Positions 51,865 to 61,234 of a DNA stretch of 64,000 nucleotides are shown piece by piece; position 1 is the stretch's first letter, and each line of letters begins with the position of its first letter. Source of the stretch: Escherichia coli. GTDB taxonomy: Bacteria > Pseudomonadota > Gammaproteobacteria > Enterobacterales > Enterobacteriaceae. Location: assembly GCF_030013205.1 (NCBI RefSeq), contig NZ_CP122648.1. One strand, 5' to 3'. Made by a program: the position numbers and the translations under genes. The notes below the pieces were generated by a model that saw only the letters and a program-made list of their open reading frames with translations, made no database searches and was not told the origin of the DNA.

Positions 51865-53637
51865 ATGACCATCACCACAGACACCACTCTTTTACACGAC
51901 CCGCGTCGTCAGGCGGCGCTGCTGTACTGGCAGGGGTTTTCCGTGCCGCAGATTGCCGCCATGTTGCAGATGAAACGCCCGACGGTGCAGAGCTGGAAAC
52001 AGCGCGACGGCTGGGACAGCGTTGCCCCCATCAGCCGTGTCGAAATGAGTCTGGAAGCGCGGCTGACCCAGCTCATCATCAAACCGCAGAAAACCGGCGG
52101 TGACTTCAAGGAAATTGACCTGCTCGGACGCCAGATTGAACGGCTGGCACGGGTCAACCGTTACAGTCAGACCGGCAACGAGGCAGACCTTAATCCGAAC
52201 GTCGCTAACCGCAACAAAGGCGGGCGTCGCAAACCGAAAAAGAATTTTTTCAGCGACGAAGCCATCGAAAAGCTGGAGCAGATTTTCTTTGAGCAGTCTT
52301 TCGACTATCAGTTGCACTGGTATCGCGCCGGGCTTGAGCACCGCATCCGCGATATCCTGAAATCCCGCCAGATTGGCGCGACGTTTTATTTTTCCCGCGA
52401 GGCGCTGCTGCGTGCCCTGAAAACCGGTCATAACCAAATTTTTCTGTCGGCCAGTAAAACGCAGGCGTATGTGTTCCGCGAATACATCATCGCCTTTGCC
52501 CGTCTGGTTGACGTTGACCTGACCGGTGACCCGATTGTCCTGGGCAATAACGGCGCAAAACTGATTTTTCTCGGCACCAACTCCAACACCGCGCAGAGCC
52601 ATAACGGCGACCTGTACGTCGACGAGATTTTCTGGATCCCGAATTTTCAGGTACTGCGTAAGGTGGCATCAGGTATGGCCTCACAGAGCCACCTGCGCTC
52701 GACCTATTTCTCCACCCCGTCCACGCTGGCGCACGACGCCTACCCATTCTGGTCGGGTGAACTGTTCAACCGGGGACGCGCCAGCGCCGCTGAACGCGTG
52801 GAAATCGACGTCAGTCATAACGCCCTTGCCGGGGGGCTTCTCTGTGCGGACGGCCAGTGGCGGCAGATTGTCACCATTGAGGACGCCCTGAAAGGTGGCT
52901 GCACGCTGTTCGACATTGAGCAGCTCAAACGTGAAAACAGCGCCGACGATTTTAAAAACCTGTTCATGTGTGAATTTGTTGACGACAAGGCGTCGGTGTT
53001 CCCGTTCGAGGAGCTGCAACGCTGCATGGTCGACACGCTGGAAGAATGGGAAGACTATGCGCCGTTTGCCGCCAATCCGTTCGGCTCCCGCCCGGTATGG
53101 ATTGGTTACGACCCGTCACACCGTGGCGACAGCGCCGGATGCGTGGTGCTGGCACCGCCGGTGGTGGCCGGAGGTAAATTCAGAATACTTGAGCGTCACC
53201 AGTGGAAAGGCATGGACTTTGCCACTCAGGCGGAATCCATCCGCAAACTCACCGAAAAATACAACGTCGAATACATCGGAATTGATGCCACCGGCCTCGG
53301 TGTCGGCGTGTTCCAGCTCGTGCGCTCGTTCTATCCCGCCGCGCGCGATATCCGCTACACGCCGGAAATGAAAACCGCAATGGTGCTCAAGGCAAAAGAC
53401 GTCATCCGCCGTGGCTGTCTGGAATATGACGTCAGCGCCACCGACATCACCAGCTCGTTCATGGCTATCCGCAAGACCATGACCAGCAGCGGACGCAGCG
53501 CCACCTATGAGGCCAGCCGTAGCGAGGAAGCCAGCCACGCCGACCTCGCCTGGGCGACCATGCACGCCCTGTTAAATGAGCCACTCACCGCCGGTATCAG
53601 CACCCCGCTGACATCCACCATTCTGGAGTTTTACTGA
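51865..53637 (+). CDS. P: terminase ATPase (large) subunit P
   Basis: ORF trimmed to MTITTDTTLLHDPRRQAALLYWQGFSV (590 aa). Confidence 0.9.
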   Translation: MTITTDTTLLHDPRRQAALLYWQGFSVPQIAAMLQMKRPTVQSWKQRDGWDSVAPISRVEMSLEARLTQLIIKPQKTGGDFKEIDLLGRQIERLARVNRYSQTGNEADLNPNVANRNKGGRRKPKKNFFSDEAIEKLEQIFFEQSFDYQLHWYRAGLEHRIRDILKSRQIGATFYFSREALLRALKTGHNQIFLSASKTQAYVFREYIIAFARLVDVDLTGDPIVLGNNGAKLIFLGTNSNTAQSHNGDLYVDEIFWIPNFQVLRKVASGMASQSHLRSTYFSTPSTLAHDAYPFWSGELFNRGRASAAERVEIDVSHNALAGGLLCADGQWRQIVTIEDALKGGCTLFDIEQLKRENSADDFKNLFMCEFVDDKASVFPFEELQRCMVDTLEEWEDYAPFAANPFGSRPVWIGYDPSHRGDSAGCVVLAPPVVAGGKFRILERHQWKGMDFATQAESIRKLTEKYNVEYIGIDATGLGVGVFQLVRSFYPAARDIRYTPEMKTAMVLKAKDVIRRGCLEYDVSATDITSSFMAIRKTMTSSGRSATYEASRSEEASHADLAWATMHALLNEPLTAGISTPLTSTILEFY

Positions 53638-54671
53638 TGAGCAAGAAAAAAGGGAAAACACCGCAACCTGCGGCAAAAAAAATGACCGCCAGCGCCCCGA
53701 AAATGGAGGCATTCACCTTTGGTGAGCCGGTGCCGGTACTCGACCGCCGTGACATTCTGGATTACGTCGAGTGCATCAGTAACGGCAGATGGTATGAGCC
53801 ACCAGTCAGCTTTACCGGTCTGGCAAAAAGCCTGCGTGCTGCCGTGCATCACAGCTCACCGATTTACGTCAAACGCAATATTCTGGCCTCGACATTTATC
53901 CCACATCCGTGGCTTTCCCAGCAGGATTTCAGCCGCTTTGTGCTGGATTTTCTGGTGTTCGGTAATGCGTTTCTGGAAAAGCGTTACAGCACCACCGGCA
54001 AGGTCATCAGACTGGAAACCTCACCGGCAAAATATACCCGCCGTGGTGTGGAAGAGGATGTTTACTGGTGGGTGCCGTCCTTCAACGAGCCGACAGCCTT
54101 CGCGCCCGGTTCCGTGTTTCACCTGCTGGAGCCGGATATTAATCAGGAGCTGTACGGCCTGCCGGAATATCTCAGCGCCCTTAACTCTGCCTGGCTGAAT
54201 GAGTCAGCCACGCTGTTCCGCCGCAAGTATTACGAAAACGGCGCTCATGCCGGATACATCATGTACGTCACCGATGCCGTGCAGGATCGCAACGATATCG
54301 AAATGCTTCGCGAAAACATGGTTAAGTCGAAAGGCCGCAACAACTTTAAAAACCTGTTTCTCTATGCCCCGCAGGGGAAAGCTGACGGCATTAAAATTAT
54401 CCCGCTCAGTGAAGTGGCGACGAAGGACGATTTTTTTAATATCAAAAAAGCCAGTGCCGCAGACCTGCTGGACGCGCACCGCATCCCCTTTCAGTTGATG
54501 GGCGGCAAGCCGGAGAACGTCGGGTCGCTGGGTGATATTGAGAAAGTGGCAAAGGTCTTTGTCCGCAATGAGCTTATCCCGTTACAGGACAGGATTCGGG
54601 AAATAAACGGCTGGCTCGGTCAGGAGGTCATCCGCTTTAAAAACTACTCACTGGACACTGACAACGGCTGA
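53637..54671 (+). CDS. Q: portal protein Q
   Basis: 344-aa ORF; start overlaps P stop. Confidence 0.9.
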   Translation: MSKKKGKTPQPAAKKMTASAPKMEAFTFGEPVPVLDRRDILDYVECISNGRWYEPPVSFTGLAKSLRAAVHHSSPIYVKRNILASTFIPHPWLSQQDFSRFVLDFLVFGNAFLEKRYSTTGKVIRLETSPAKYTRRGVEEDVYWWVPSFNEPTAFAPGSVFHLLEPDINQELYGLPEYLSALNSAWLNESATLFRRKYYENGAHAGYIMYVTDAVQDRNDIEMLRENMVKSKGRNNFKNLFLYAPQGKADGIKIIPLSEVATKDDFFNIKKASAADLLDAHRIPFQLMGGKPENVGSLGDIEKVAKVFVRNELIPLQDRIREINGWLGQEVIRFKNYSLDTDNG

Positions 54672-54676
54672 ACATC

Positions 54677-54698
54677 GCCGCCTGCGGGCGGCTTTTTT
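54677..54698 (+). terminator. rho-independent terminator after Q
   Basis: GCCGCC-TGCG-GGCGGC followed by TTTTTT. Confidence 0.6.
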
Positions 54699-54840
54699 AC
54701 ACCCTGTCATCACGCCCTCACACGCTCACCACCGCACAAAACACCCCGCAGACACACCAACGCCTCAACGGGCAGACTAAACGCCGTCACGACGCGCTCA
54801 GACGCTGAAAAAATAAAATCAGCACCACCGCCAGCGCGCA

Positions 54841-54859
54841 GTGCTTTCCCCGCCTCGCC
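54841..54859. other. cos site (19-nt cohesive-end sequence)
   Basis: GTGCTTTCCCCGCCTCGCC is the reverse complement of GGCGAGGCGGGGAAAGCAC, the P2/186 cohesive end as I recall it; lies between Q and the cargo, as in the P2 map. Confidence 0.55.
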
Positions 54860-54987
54860 CGCCCGCTTCATGGGTCGGTTTTAATGCAGGTGCATGAACA
54901 CACTGGAGACGCACCAGTACTGGCGGTGGTCACGTAGATCCGCCCCTTAAAAGCCATGCAGAATAATGCAACTATTGCGGGCGTCGG

Positions 54988-55407
54988 CTAATCATCTTCT
55001 AAAGGTGGAATTTTGATGCCACTAATTAGCAGTACTTTCCGGTATGCCTCAAAAATAATGTTGTGTGTTTTTTGTAAATCATCGAGCATTTTTTGCCGTC
55101 CTGCTGGGGTATCTTTGGCAAAATTATGAGCGCGAAAAAAATCATGTGCCAAGTAGTTTCTGGCTTTAAGAGCATCTGACACATACTCCAGTGTATCAGC
55201 ATCCTCCACCATCCTAGACTTCAGTGCGTAATTCAATTTACCCAGCGTGTATTTATCCATTTCTAAAAACTGTTTTTTCAGCGACTGTATATCTTTCCCC
55301 TGACTCATATCATACTCAGTGATAACATTTATCAACTCAGTCTCCAGTAATTGAGCTGCTTCCGAAGCATAACCAAATTTCCAATAAACCGTATCAAGCG
55401 TCACCAT
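54988..55407 (-). CDS. hypothetical cargo protein with R-x4-H (HEPN-like) motif
   Basis: 139-aa ORF in AT-rich DNA, codirectional with and downstream of the HNH gene; contains ARNYLAHDFF. Confidence 0.6.
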   Translation of the reverse strand: MVTLDTVYWKFGYASEAAQLLETELINVITEYDMSQGKDIQSLKKQFLEMDKYTLGKLNYALKSRMVEDADTLEYVSDALKARNYLAHDFFRAHNFAKDTPAGRQKMLDDLQKTHNIIFEAYRKVLLISGIKIPPLEDD

Positions 55408-55498
55408 ATAATCTATTCCCCATATAACAAATCACACCCAAAATTAAATCATAACACATAATTAAATCTAACGCCTCTCTGCACCAGAAGAAGTCATG

Positions 55499-56830
55499 TT
55501 AACGCTTATCATGGAACTTTTTCCATTTTGTCATCAACTTTCCAGCATCAAGTTCTACATGATGCGGTTGTAGAGTTTTACCCTCAAACATAGTTTTGTG
55601 GATACAATTAATAGAGAAATGAACCGTTAAGTCCTCTGGATTAATCCCCATTAATCCTTTATCAAACATTCGGTGTAAACTTACTTCAAGTAACAGGCCA
55701 TTAGATGTGTTATTATTTGCTGATTCTGTTATTGCTTCAATATGTGCGGCTTCCAATATCCCCTCTGGCAATGGATAGCCAGTAATAGCACATCTGCCAT
55801 TGAAGTTATCCCAAACACGGCGTTTGAAATCAGCTTGATCTCCAGCATGACGGACTTTGTGAGTAACCTCGACTGTTCGTCCTGTAGCACAGGTATCGTT
55901 TGCGGCCTTGAAAGGATTAATTAGACTTTCATTAATGGCTATATCCGTTCCATCCATGATAAGAGATATTTCATTATTGGGTTCGGGTGATGTTAATGGA
56001 CTTATGTACTGATTGCTTAAAAAAGTCATACTAGATTCTTCATCAGTCGCGAGTTTCCACGCTTCTGATTGTGTCATTGTTAGCAATGCCGTTTGATAAA
56101 CTTGCTTATTAAAATAACGTTTATCTTTCTTGTAACTCCCCATATTAATAGTACTAGATTTAATCGGAAGTGTTTTATCACCAATTAGTAGATCACGTAT
56201 TTCTACAGTCTCTTCTAAGGTATCAATAGGAGCTACTATAGGGTTAGTAAACGGGTTATCTACATGATCTACGTGGTTGTGTCGTAAATGCCACTCTATA
56301 GCACTATCTTTTATATGTATCTCGCAGACAGGGCATACAATAAGCCCCATAGATGTTACAGGTAGCTTTTTGCCACCGATTAAGCGTAATGTATTTGCAT
56401 TCTGGTTATGTACTTTCTTTTGGTTCTGTGTCAGTACACTACGCTTAGCCTCTAAACGGGTCGGAATCTTAGCAAGATTAAGCGATTTACGGCTCTCTTG
56501 TCTCTCAAGATCATAGATCCGAATCCCTGCTTCAGTTTTGATTTTTGTCCACATAGAGATAGAACTAAGGAATTTATGTCCATGTACTTTTTCATAATCA
56601 GCATAAGCTTGCAAAGTAGCAGTGGAACTATCTAATCCTTTTTTACGGAGTGCTGTATATTGCTGAAAAAGATTAATAGCATGAGCTGTAATAGAGCGCC
56701 TATTCTCTATAATTTGCGCTTTTTTTGCTGCTTGTTCTGCTTGCAATGCTTTTTGTTCAGGGGTAAGCGACTTCTTTTTGGCTTTCTTGGTTCTTTTCTT
56801 ACTCAAAGTTTTCTTACTGTTATTGTTCAT
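55499..56830 (-). CDS. HNH nuclease-domain cargo protein (Lys-rich N-terminus, C2H2-like zinc finger, C-terminal HNH)
   Basis: 443-aa ORF; N-terminus SKKTLSKKRTKKAKKK; CPVCEIHIKDSAIEWHLRHNH; C-terminus GRCAITGYPLPEGILEAAHIEAI…SNGLLLEVSLHRMFDKGLMGI resembles the HNH endonuclease core; AT-rich. Confidence 0.7.
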   Translation of the reverse strand: MNNNSKKTLSKKRTKKAKKKSLTPEQKALQAEQAAKKAQIIENRRSITAHAINLFQQYTALRKKGLDSSTATLQAYADYEKVHGHKFLSSISMWTKIKTEAGIRIYDLERQESRKSLNLAKIPTRLEAKRSVLTQNQKKVHNQNANTLRLIGGKKLPVTSMGLIVCPVCEIHIKDSAIEWHLRHNHVDHVDNPFTNPIVAPIDTLEETVEIRDLLIGDKTLPIKSSTINMGSYKKDKRYFNKQVYQTALLTMTQSEAWKLATDEESSMTFLSNQYISPLTSPEPNNEISLIMDGTDIAINESLINPFKAANDTCATGRTVEVTHKVRHAGDQADFKRRVWDNFNGRCAITGYPLPEGILEAAHIEAITESANNNTSNGLLLEVSLHRMFDKGLMGINPEDLTVHFSINCIHKTMFEGKTLQPHHVELDAGKLMTKWKKFHDKR

Positions 56831-56939
56831 TTTGCAAGCCTTTAATCTAATTCATGGAAAGGGGCATTCACTTGCCCTGTATCCAGTAAACTGACATAAC
56901 ACGATATAAGCAAGCTCCGTAATTCTTTCATGTTAATCA

Positions 56940-59258
56940 TCAATGGTCCATTGTGAATCCCGGCCACTCATCAGCGACCGGATACGTGAATTTTTTACCG
57001 TCGTAATTTACAGTCGCGCCACGCGCCAGCGCCTCAAGCTCCCATCTCTGAGGCCTGATACCGTTCTGAGCAAGGTCTACGCGGATACGGGTAATTTGCA
57101 TTCGTTCTGACCGGGTCAGTCTGGCCGATGGTGCAATTTCATGCGGTTTTAACGGGCTTCCGTTTCTTTGCTGACGGTTTGGCGTTCTCAGGTCGTATTT
57201 TAATGCGCCCCTGAGCGCCCTCACGACCTCCGGTTCATTCCATTCAATAACACCGTCATCAACCAGATTAAGCACTGCTGCGGCGTGCTCAGAAGGAGTG
57301 GGAGCCGGTAACGAAGTATCACCGCTGGTGAGCTTTCCACAGTTATTGACAGGACTCCGAGGCGCGGCGATGCCGCTTTTTAAAGTCAAAGGCTCAACGA
57401 CCGGAACTTTCGGCACAATGCGCCAGTCCGTCGTTCTGGTGATATGAATATGACGCGCGCCGAGATGCGGCGCGTAAATGCCGACCACTCTCTCGACTTC
57501 TTCCTCGTATTCGTTAACGTCATCCGACGGGCTACGGGCGACCCTGACAGTCTGACAATCGCGCGGGACATTTGCCCCGCCCTGCGCGCTGATATACAGC
57601 GCAAAATCGCCACTGTCTGCGGCGGCGCGTGCAGCCTCCACGCGTTCGTCAAATTCATCAGCAATGCTGACGCCGCGAGGCAATTTACGTAGCTCACGGT
57701 AAGCTCCCATTGTCGGCAGGCCAACCGTTTTAAATTGCGGGATGCGCCACGTTGATGCCCATGCGGTAACAGCCGCCGCAGTATCTTTCAGCGGTCTGCC
57801 GGTATCGTTATCGAGCTGACCATCCAGTGCATAGCCGTCGATATTTTTTGAAATGTATTTCGCGATATATCCCGCAGCACCGCCCCGGTTAAGGTGTTTT
57901 GCCTGAAAACGGTTTCGCGCGGCTCCTCTTTCGTCGCCATCCTCTTTGAGCGCATAGCGACGCATGATTTCGATAATCTGGTTACGCTGGCGTGGATTAC
58001 AAAAAAGCATCATATGCCAGTGCGGCGTTCCGTCGTGGTGTGGCTCGACGACTCGCAAACCGTAGACCTGTAAATCATTATCCTTGAATGCCGTGCGCAT
58101 CAGGCTCCAGATACGGCAGAGATAACGCTGCGCATCCTTTGGATTAAATGCCTCATCATTCCAGCCGTGATTAAGCTGGACGGTTTTATTTTCGCCTTTT
58201 CCGACCTGACGTGTCGGGTGATACTTTGACGGCGCGGTAAGCGTGATAAACATCCCCACATCACCCTCTGAGGCGGCGTAACGCTCAATACCGGCAATGG
58301 TGTTCATCAGCTCCATCCGGCGAATTTCAGGATTAGAAATACTGCCCATCACCTTACTGATAAGGTCGATGCGCTCGCCGGTTTCCCTGTTTTCAAGGTC
58401 ACACGATTTAAGAAATTCCAGATTTGCCTGGCGGCGCGCACGCACATCACGAATGGCGTGTTTACTGGCATAAGGAGAACGGTCTTTATTGACCTCCCCG
58501 ACAGCTATCAGTAACGCTTCATGCCAGCGCATACGCTGGCCTTTAAGCTGATGAGTCCACCACTCATCGTTAAACAGACGGGCAATTGCAGAATATGCCT
58601 GCCTCGTGGTCATCTGTCCTTTACGGTATTTTTTCCAGTAGAGAGGGGAAATATTGAAAGCACGTGCAGCACCAGCAACATGACCATAGAGGTGAGCCTG
58701 CGCCTCATCCGTAAACAGCGATTCTTTTTCGCCATGCGCATCCACCCAGGCATCGCTGAGTTCCTCATACATCATGAAAAGCTGCGATGAGATACGGGCA
58801 GCAAACTTTTTCAGCTCCTTGTCATTCATTCCCGGCAGGCGCGCATAGTGGTCACGCTCTGCCAGAAACAGTAACGACGCGTCGGTGTTCATTTCATGGC
58901 GCTGATTCACACGCTCAATGCGCGGCCATAAACGACGCTGAAAAGTGGATGTGAGGAAATAAAACCCGTGCACCGGGCTTTTATTGCGCCGGATGTAGTC
59001 ATAGCGTGAAGTAAACAGCGAGCGCAAAAAGTAAGGCAGGCGGTTAATCGTGGATAAAACACCTTGCACCTGACGCATCTCGTCACGTGTAAGGGGTCTT
59101 TCGCGCCCGACAGCCTCGCGTGGCGCGTTCCATGCATAAGCACCTGTAAACGCCTTACCGGTGCCTGCGGCAAATGCTGACGGAGGGACAAAACGTCCGG
59201 AGGCTTTAACGGCCATGTGAGCCAAAAGCCTCTGAACAACGCTTGCTGAGTTGCTCAA
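56940..59258 (-). CDS. A: replication initiation endonuclease A (rolling-circle Rep)
   Basis: 772-aa ORF in the P2 A position; true start may be a few codons downstream. Confidence 0.85.
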   Translation of the reverse strand: MSNSASVVQRLLAHMAVKASGRFVPPSAFAAGTGKAFTGAYAWNAPREAVGRERPLTRDEMRQVQGVLSTINRLPYFLRSLFTSRYDYIRRNKSPVHGFYFLTSTFQRRLWPRIERVNQRHEMNTDASLLFLAERDHYARLPGMNDKELKKFAARISSQLFMMYEELSDAWVDAHGEKESLFTDEAQAHLYGHVAGAARAFNISPLYWKKYRKGQMTTRQAYSAIARLFNDEWWTHQLKGQRMRWHEALLIAVGEVNKDRSPYASKHAIRDVRARRQANLEFLKSCDLENRETGERIDLISKVMGSISNPEIRRMELMNTIAGIERYAASEGDVGMFITLTAPSKYHPTRQVGKGENKTVQLNHGWNDEAFNPKDAQRYLCRIWSLMRTAFKDNDLQVYGLRVVEPHHDGTPHWHMMLFCNPRQRNQIIEIMRRYALKEDGDERGAARNRFQAKHLNRGGAAGYIAKYISKNIDGYALDGQLDNDTGRPLKDTAAAVTAWASTWRIPQFKTVGLPTMGAYRELRKLPRGVSIADEFDERVEAARAAADSGDFALYISAQGGANVPRDCQTVRVARSPSDDVNEYEEEVERVVGIYAPHLGARHIHITRTTDWRIVPKVPVVEPLTLKSGIAAPRSPVNNCGKLTSGDTSLPAPTPSEHAAAVLNLVDDGVIEWNEPEVVRALRGALKYDLRTPNRQQRNGSPLKPHEIAPSARLTRSERMQITRIRVDLAQNGIRPQRWELEALARGATVNYDGKKFTYPVADEWPGFTMDH

Positions 59259-59481
59259 CCTGCACGTTTAAATCAGCAAAAGACTTTGCGCTTCCGGTCA
59301 GAATATCGTGATGCATCAGGCCTGAAACGAGCTGGCTTAATTTCGGGTAATAACCAACCACCGCCAGCCATTCCTGACCGGCGTTTTTACCGCTTTCAGC
59401 TCTCTTTTTCTCGTGGAGAATAAACTGAAAGCTGTCACTGGTAACGACATAACGTTCGCCAATTTCAATACGAATACTCAT
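59206..59481 (-). CDS. hypothetical early-region protein (P2 orf83-like position)
   Basis: 91-aa ORF, tightly packed codirectional array between B and A. Confidence 0.45.
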   Translation of the reverse strand: MSIRIEIGERYVVTSDSFQFILHEKKRAESGKNAGQEWLAVVGYYPKLSQLVSGLMHHDILTGSAKSFADLNVQVEQLSKRCSEAFGSHGR

Positions 59482-59702
59482 GCCGTTCTCCGGTAATGTT
59501 TGTTTTTTGCTTCAAAGACTGACTGACAGGAAACACAACGCGTGGCTGACGGGTAAGCCGCACGACGGGCAGCAGGTATTGGCGCGTCACACTCTTCGCA
59601 AACCAGCGCAGAAGCACCGCAATGTTTTACCCTTGCCGCGTTAATCTGGCGCTCCAGTAATTCAGCCTGTTGTTCCTGAATAAAATCTACGTTGTCCGGC
59701 AT
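59478..59702 (-). CDS. TraR/DksA-type C4 zinc-finger protein (P2 orf82-like)
   Basis: 74-aa ORF with CEEC…CVSC zinc finger (CGASALVCEECDAPIPAARRAAYPSATRCVSCQ). Confidence 0.6.
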   Translation of the reverse strand: MPDNVDFIQEQQAELLERQINAARVKHCGASALVCEECDAPIPAARRAAYPSATRCVSCQSVFEAKNKHYRRTA

Positions 59703-60007
59703 TACCAGTTCCTTTTGTCGTTCAGTTTTTTAAATTCATCAGCGCAATAGCTGGCGATTTCTGTCGTTAATTTCGTCAGTTCATCCACGGAGGAAATTTG
59801 CTTGTGAAATACAGCGCGTTTAACAAGTAAATTGACCACATCAGACAGGAGGTTTAATTCACTCTGATAAATCGCGATAACAGATTCAGTTATTTCGCGT
59901 TTTTCTTTATCAAGACCAAGTTGAATAAGAGACAAATCGCCATTTTTCATAACGGCGATTTTTAAGGCATTGTTCAGTAAAACAACTGAACGAGAACAGG
60001 ACATCAA
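59702..60007 (-). CDS. hypothetical early-region protein
   Basis: 101-aa ORF; start/stop overlaps with neighbours. Confidence 0.45.
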   Translation of the reverse strand: MMSCSRSVVLLNNALKIAVMKNGDLSLIQLGLDKEKREITESVIAIYQSELNLLSDVVNLLVKRAVFHKQISSVDELTKLTTEIASYCADEFKKLNDKRNW

Positions 60008-60261
60008 AGCACCTCCCCGCGAGACAATCCGATGTTGTGAAATTTTTCCGACTCCTGACTGAGCAGCTCGACTATCTCCACGCGGGATAACTCCGCCTTT
60101 GTGATGTGGCGAATCATGGCGTCAAGATGAGAAGAAAAGCGCGTCGCTGCATCGGCCTGTGCTTCGGTTCTGGCCTGTTGCAGCAGTAATGCGTATTTAC
60201 CGCACTGATTTTCAGAAACTGTATGCATGACTTTCTCCAGGCAAAAAGAAGCCCCGCACAA
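60004..60261 (-). CDS. hypothetical early-region protein
   Basis: 85-aa ORF; translational coupling to the next ORF. Confidence 0.45.
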   Translation of the reverse strand: MCGASFCLEKVMHTVSENQCGKYALLLQQARTEAQADAATRFSSHLDAMIRHITKAELSRVEIVELLSQESEKFHNIGLSRGEVL

Positions 60262-60291
60262 TTAAGTGCGTTAAAAACTCTGGTTAATTAC

Positions 60292-60798
60292 TTAATGCAG
60301 ATATTGCTCTGGTTTTACCGACGTCAGAATTGTCGGTGCATACTCAAACAGGCTGAATAATTCACGTAATGCACGGAATAAAGCATCACGCCAGTAACAT
60401 GACTCTTCATTAATTCGCCAGTATGGCTGGTTGAATTCTTTTTCAGTCAATCCGGCATGCATAAATAAAGTGCGACGCTGACTGACTGTTAAAAAACTAA
60501 TATATGCATACTCACTTGCGCCAACCTGACGGCGTTTTGAGAATGCCCCACGCAATTCATCAATTGCACAAACCAGCCGTTCACGTTCGACGTCGTTCAT
60601 TTCTTCAAAACGCATCGTTGCGTGACGCTGTTTTAACTGCGCATGAAAGCAAACCGTTAGCCGTTCGCGCTCCATCATCTGATTATAATAATCACATGTA
60701 TCCTGCCAGCGAGGAACGGCAAGATGCTTACCAATTATCCGGCGCATAGCTGCTGGCTGTTTTTCAACGAGATTGAGCGTCATCACTGTCATTTCCAT
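60292..60798 (-). CDS. B: replication protein B (helicase loader-like)
   Basis: 168-aa ORF in the P2 B position downstream of cox. Confidence 0.7.
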   Translation of the reverse strand: MEMTVMTLNLVEKQPAAMRRIIGKHLAVPRWQDTCDYYNQMMERERLTVCFHAQLKQRHATMRFEEMNDVERERLVCAIDELRGAFSKRRQVGASEYAYISFLTVSQRRTLFMHAGLTEKEFNQPYWRINEESCYWRDALFRALRELFSLFEYAPTILTSVKPEQYLH

Positions 60799-60961
60799 AC
60801 CCTCCGGCTTTTCAGAAAGGTCAGAGCCTTTTTTAACGGACTCTGTTTTTTGGTGCGGATAATGATTCCCTTACGCCCCTTACCGTGGGTGATGGTGAAG
60901 TCAATCGCCCTTGGGCTTTCGTTACGCAGTAACTGAGCAATACAACGCGGTTCACTCATAA

Positions 60962-61234
60962 TCACAACCCCATCCACAAAAGCCATGCATCACGCTGTTC
61001 AACTGGTCGGTTATAAAACGCCTCTCGTACAGCGCGATTAAACTCTGGAATGAAAACCCACTTCTCACCGACACGAGCGTTCGGCTTACTTGGATCACGA
61101 AGCTCAATAACTGGCAATTTATTCTCTTTTACCATCTTGACTACAGCCGTTTCTGGCTTACCAAGTAACTCTGCAAACTTAACCGTATGTACCGCATCAA
61201 TCGGGTACTGAATCACATAGTCATTGACTTCCAT
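60962..61234 (-). CDS. cox: Cox excisionase / early-operon regulator
   Basis: 90-aa ORF ending …WLLWMGL, divergent from the C repressor. Confidence 0.7.
   Translation of the reverse strand: MEVNDYVIQYPIDAVHTVKFAELLGKPETAVVKMVKENKLPVIELRDPSKPNARVGEKWVFIPEFNRAVREAFYNRPVEQRDAWLLWMGL

Noticed and set aside
51892-52602. 236-aa minus-strand ORF inside terminase gene P
   Set aside because: Antisense to P, which has a clear terminase-like translation; no phage gene is expected there in the P2 map.
54700-54987. Possible small gene (P2 orf30-like) in the spacer between Q and the cargo
   Set aside because: No ORF of meaningful length in any frame; the region is better explained as the cos-containing non-coding packaging region.
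60789-60986. 65-aa ORF between B and cox
   Set aside because: Overlaps both neighbours, lacks recognisable motifs, and P2-like phages have at most a very small ORF here; not enough support to call a gene.
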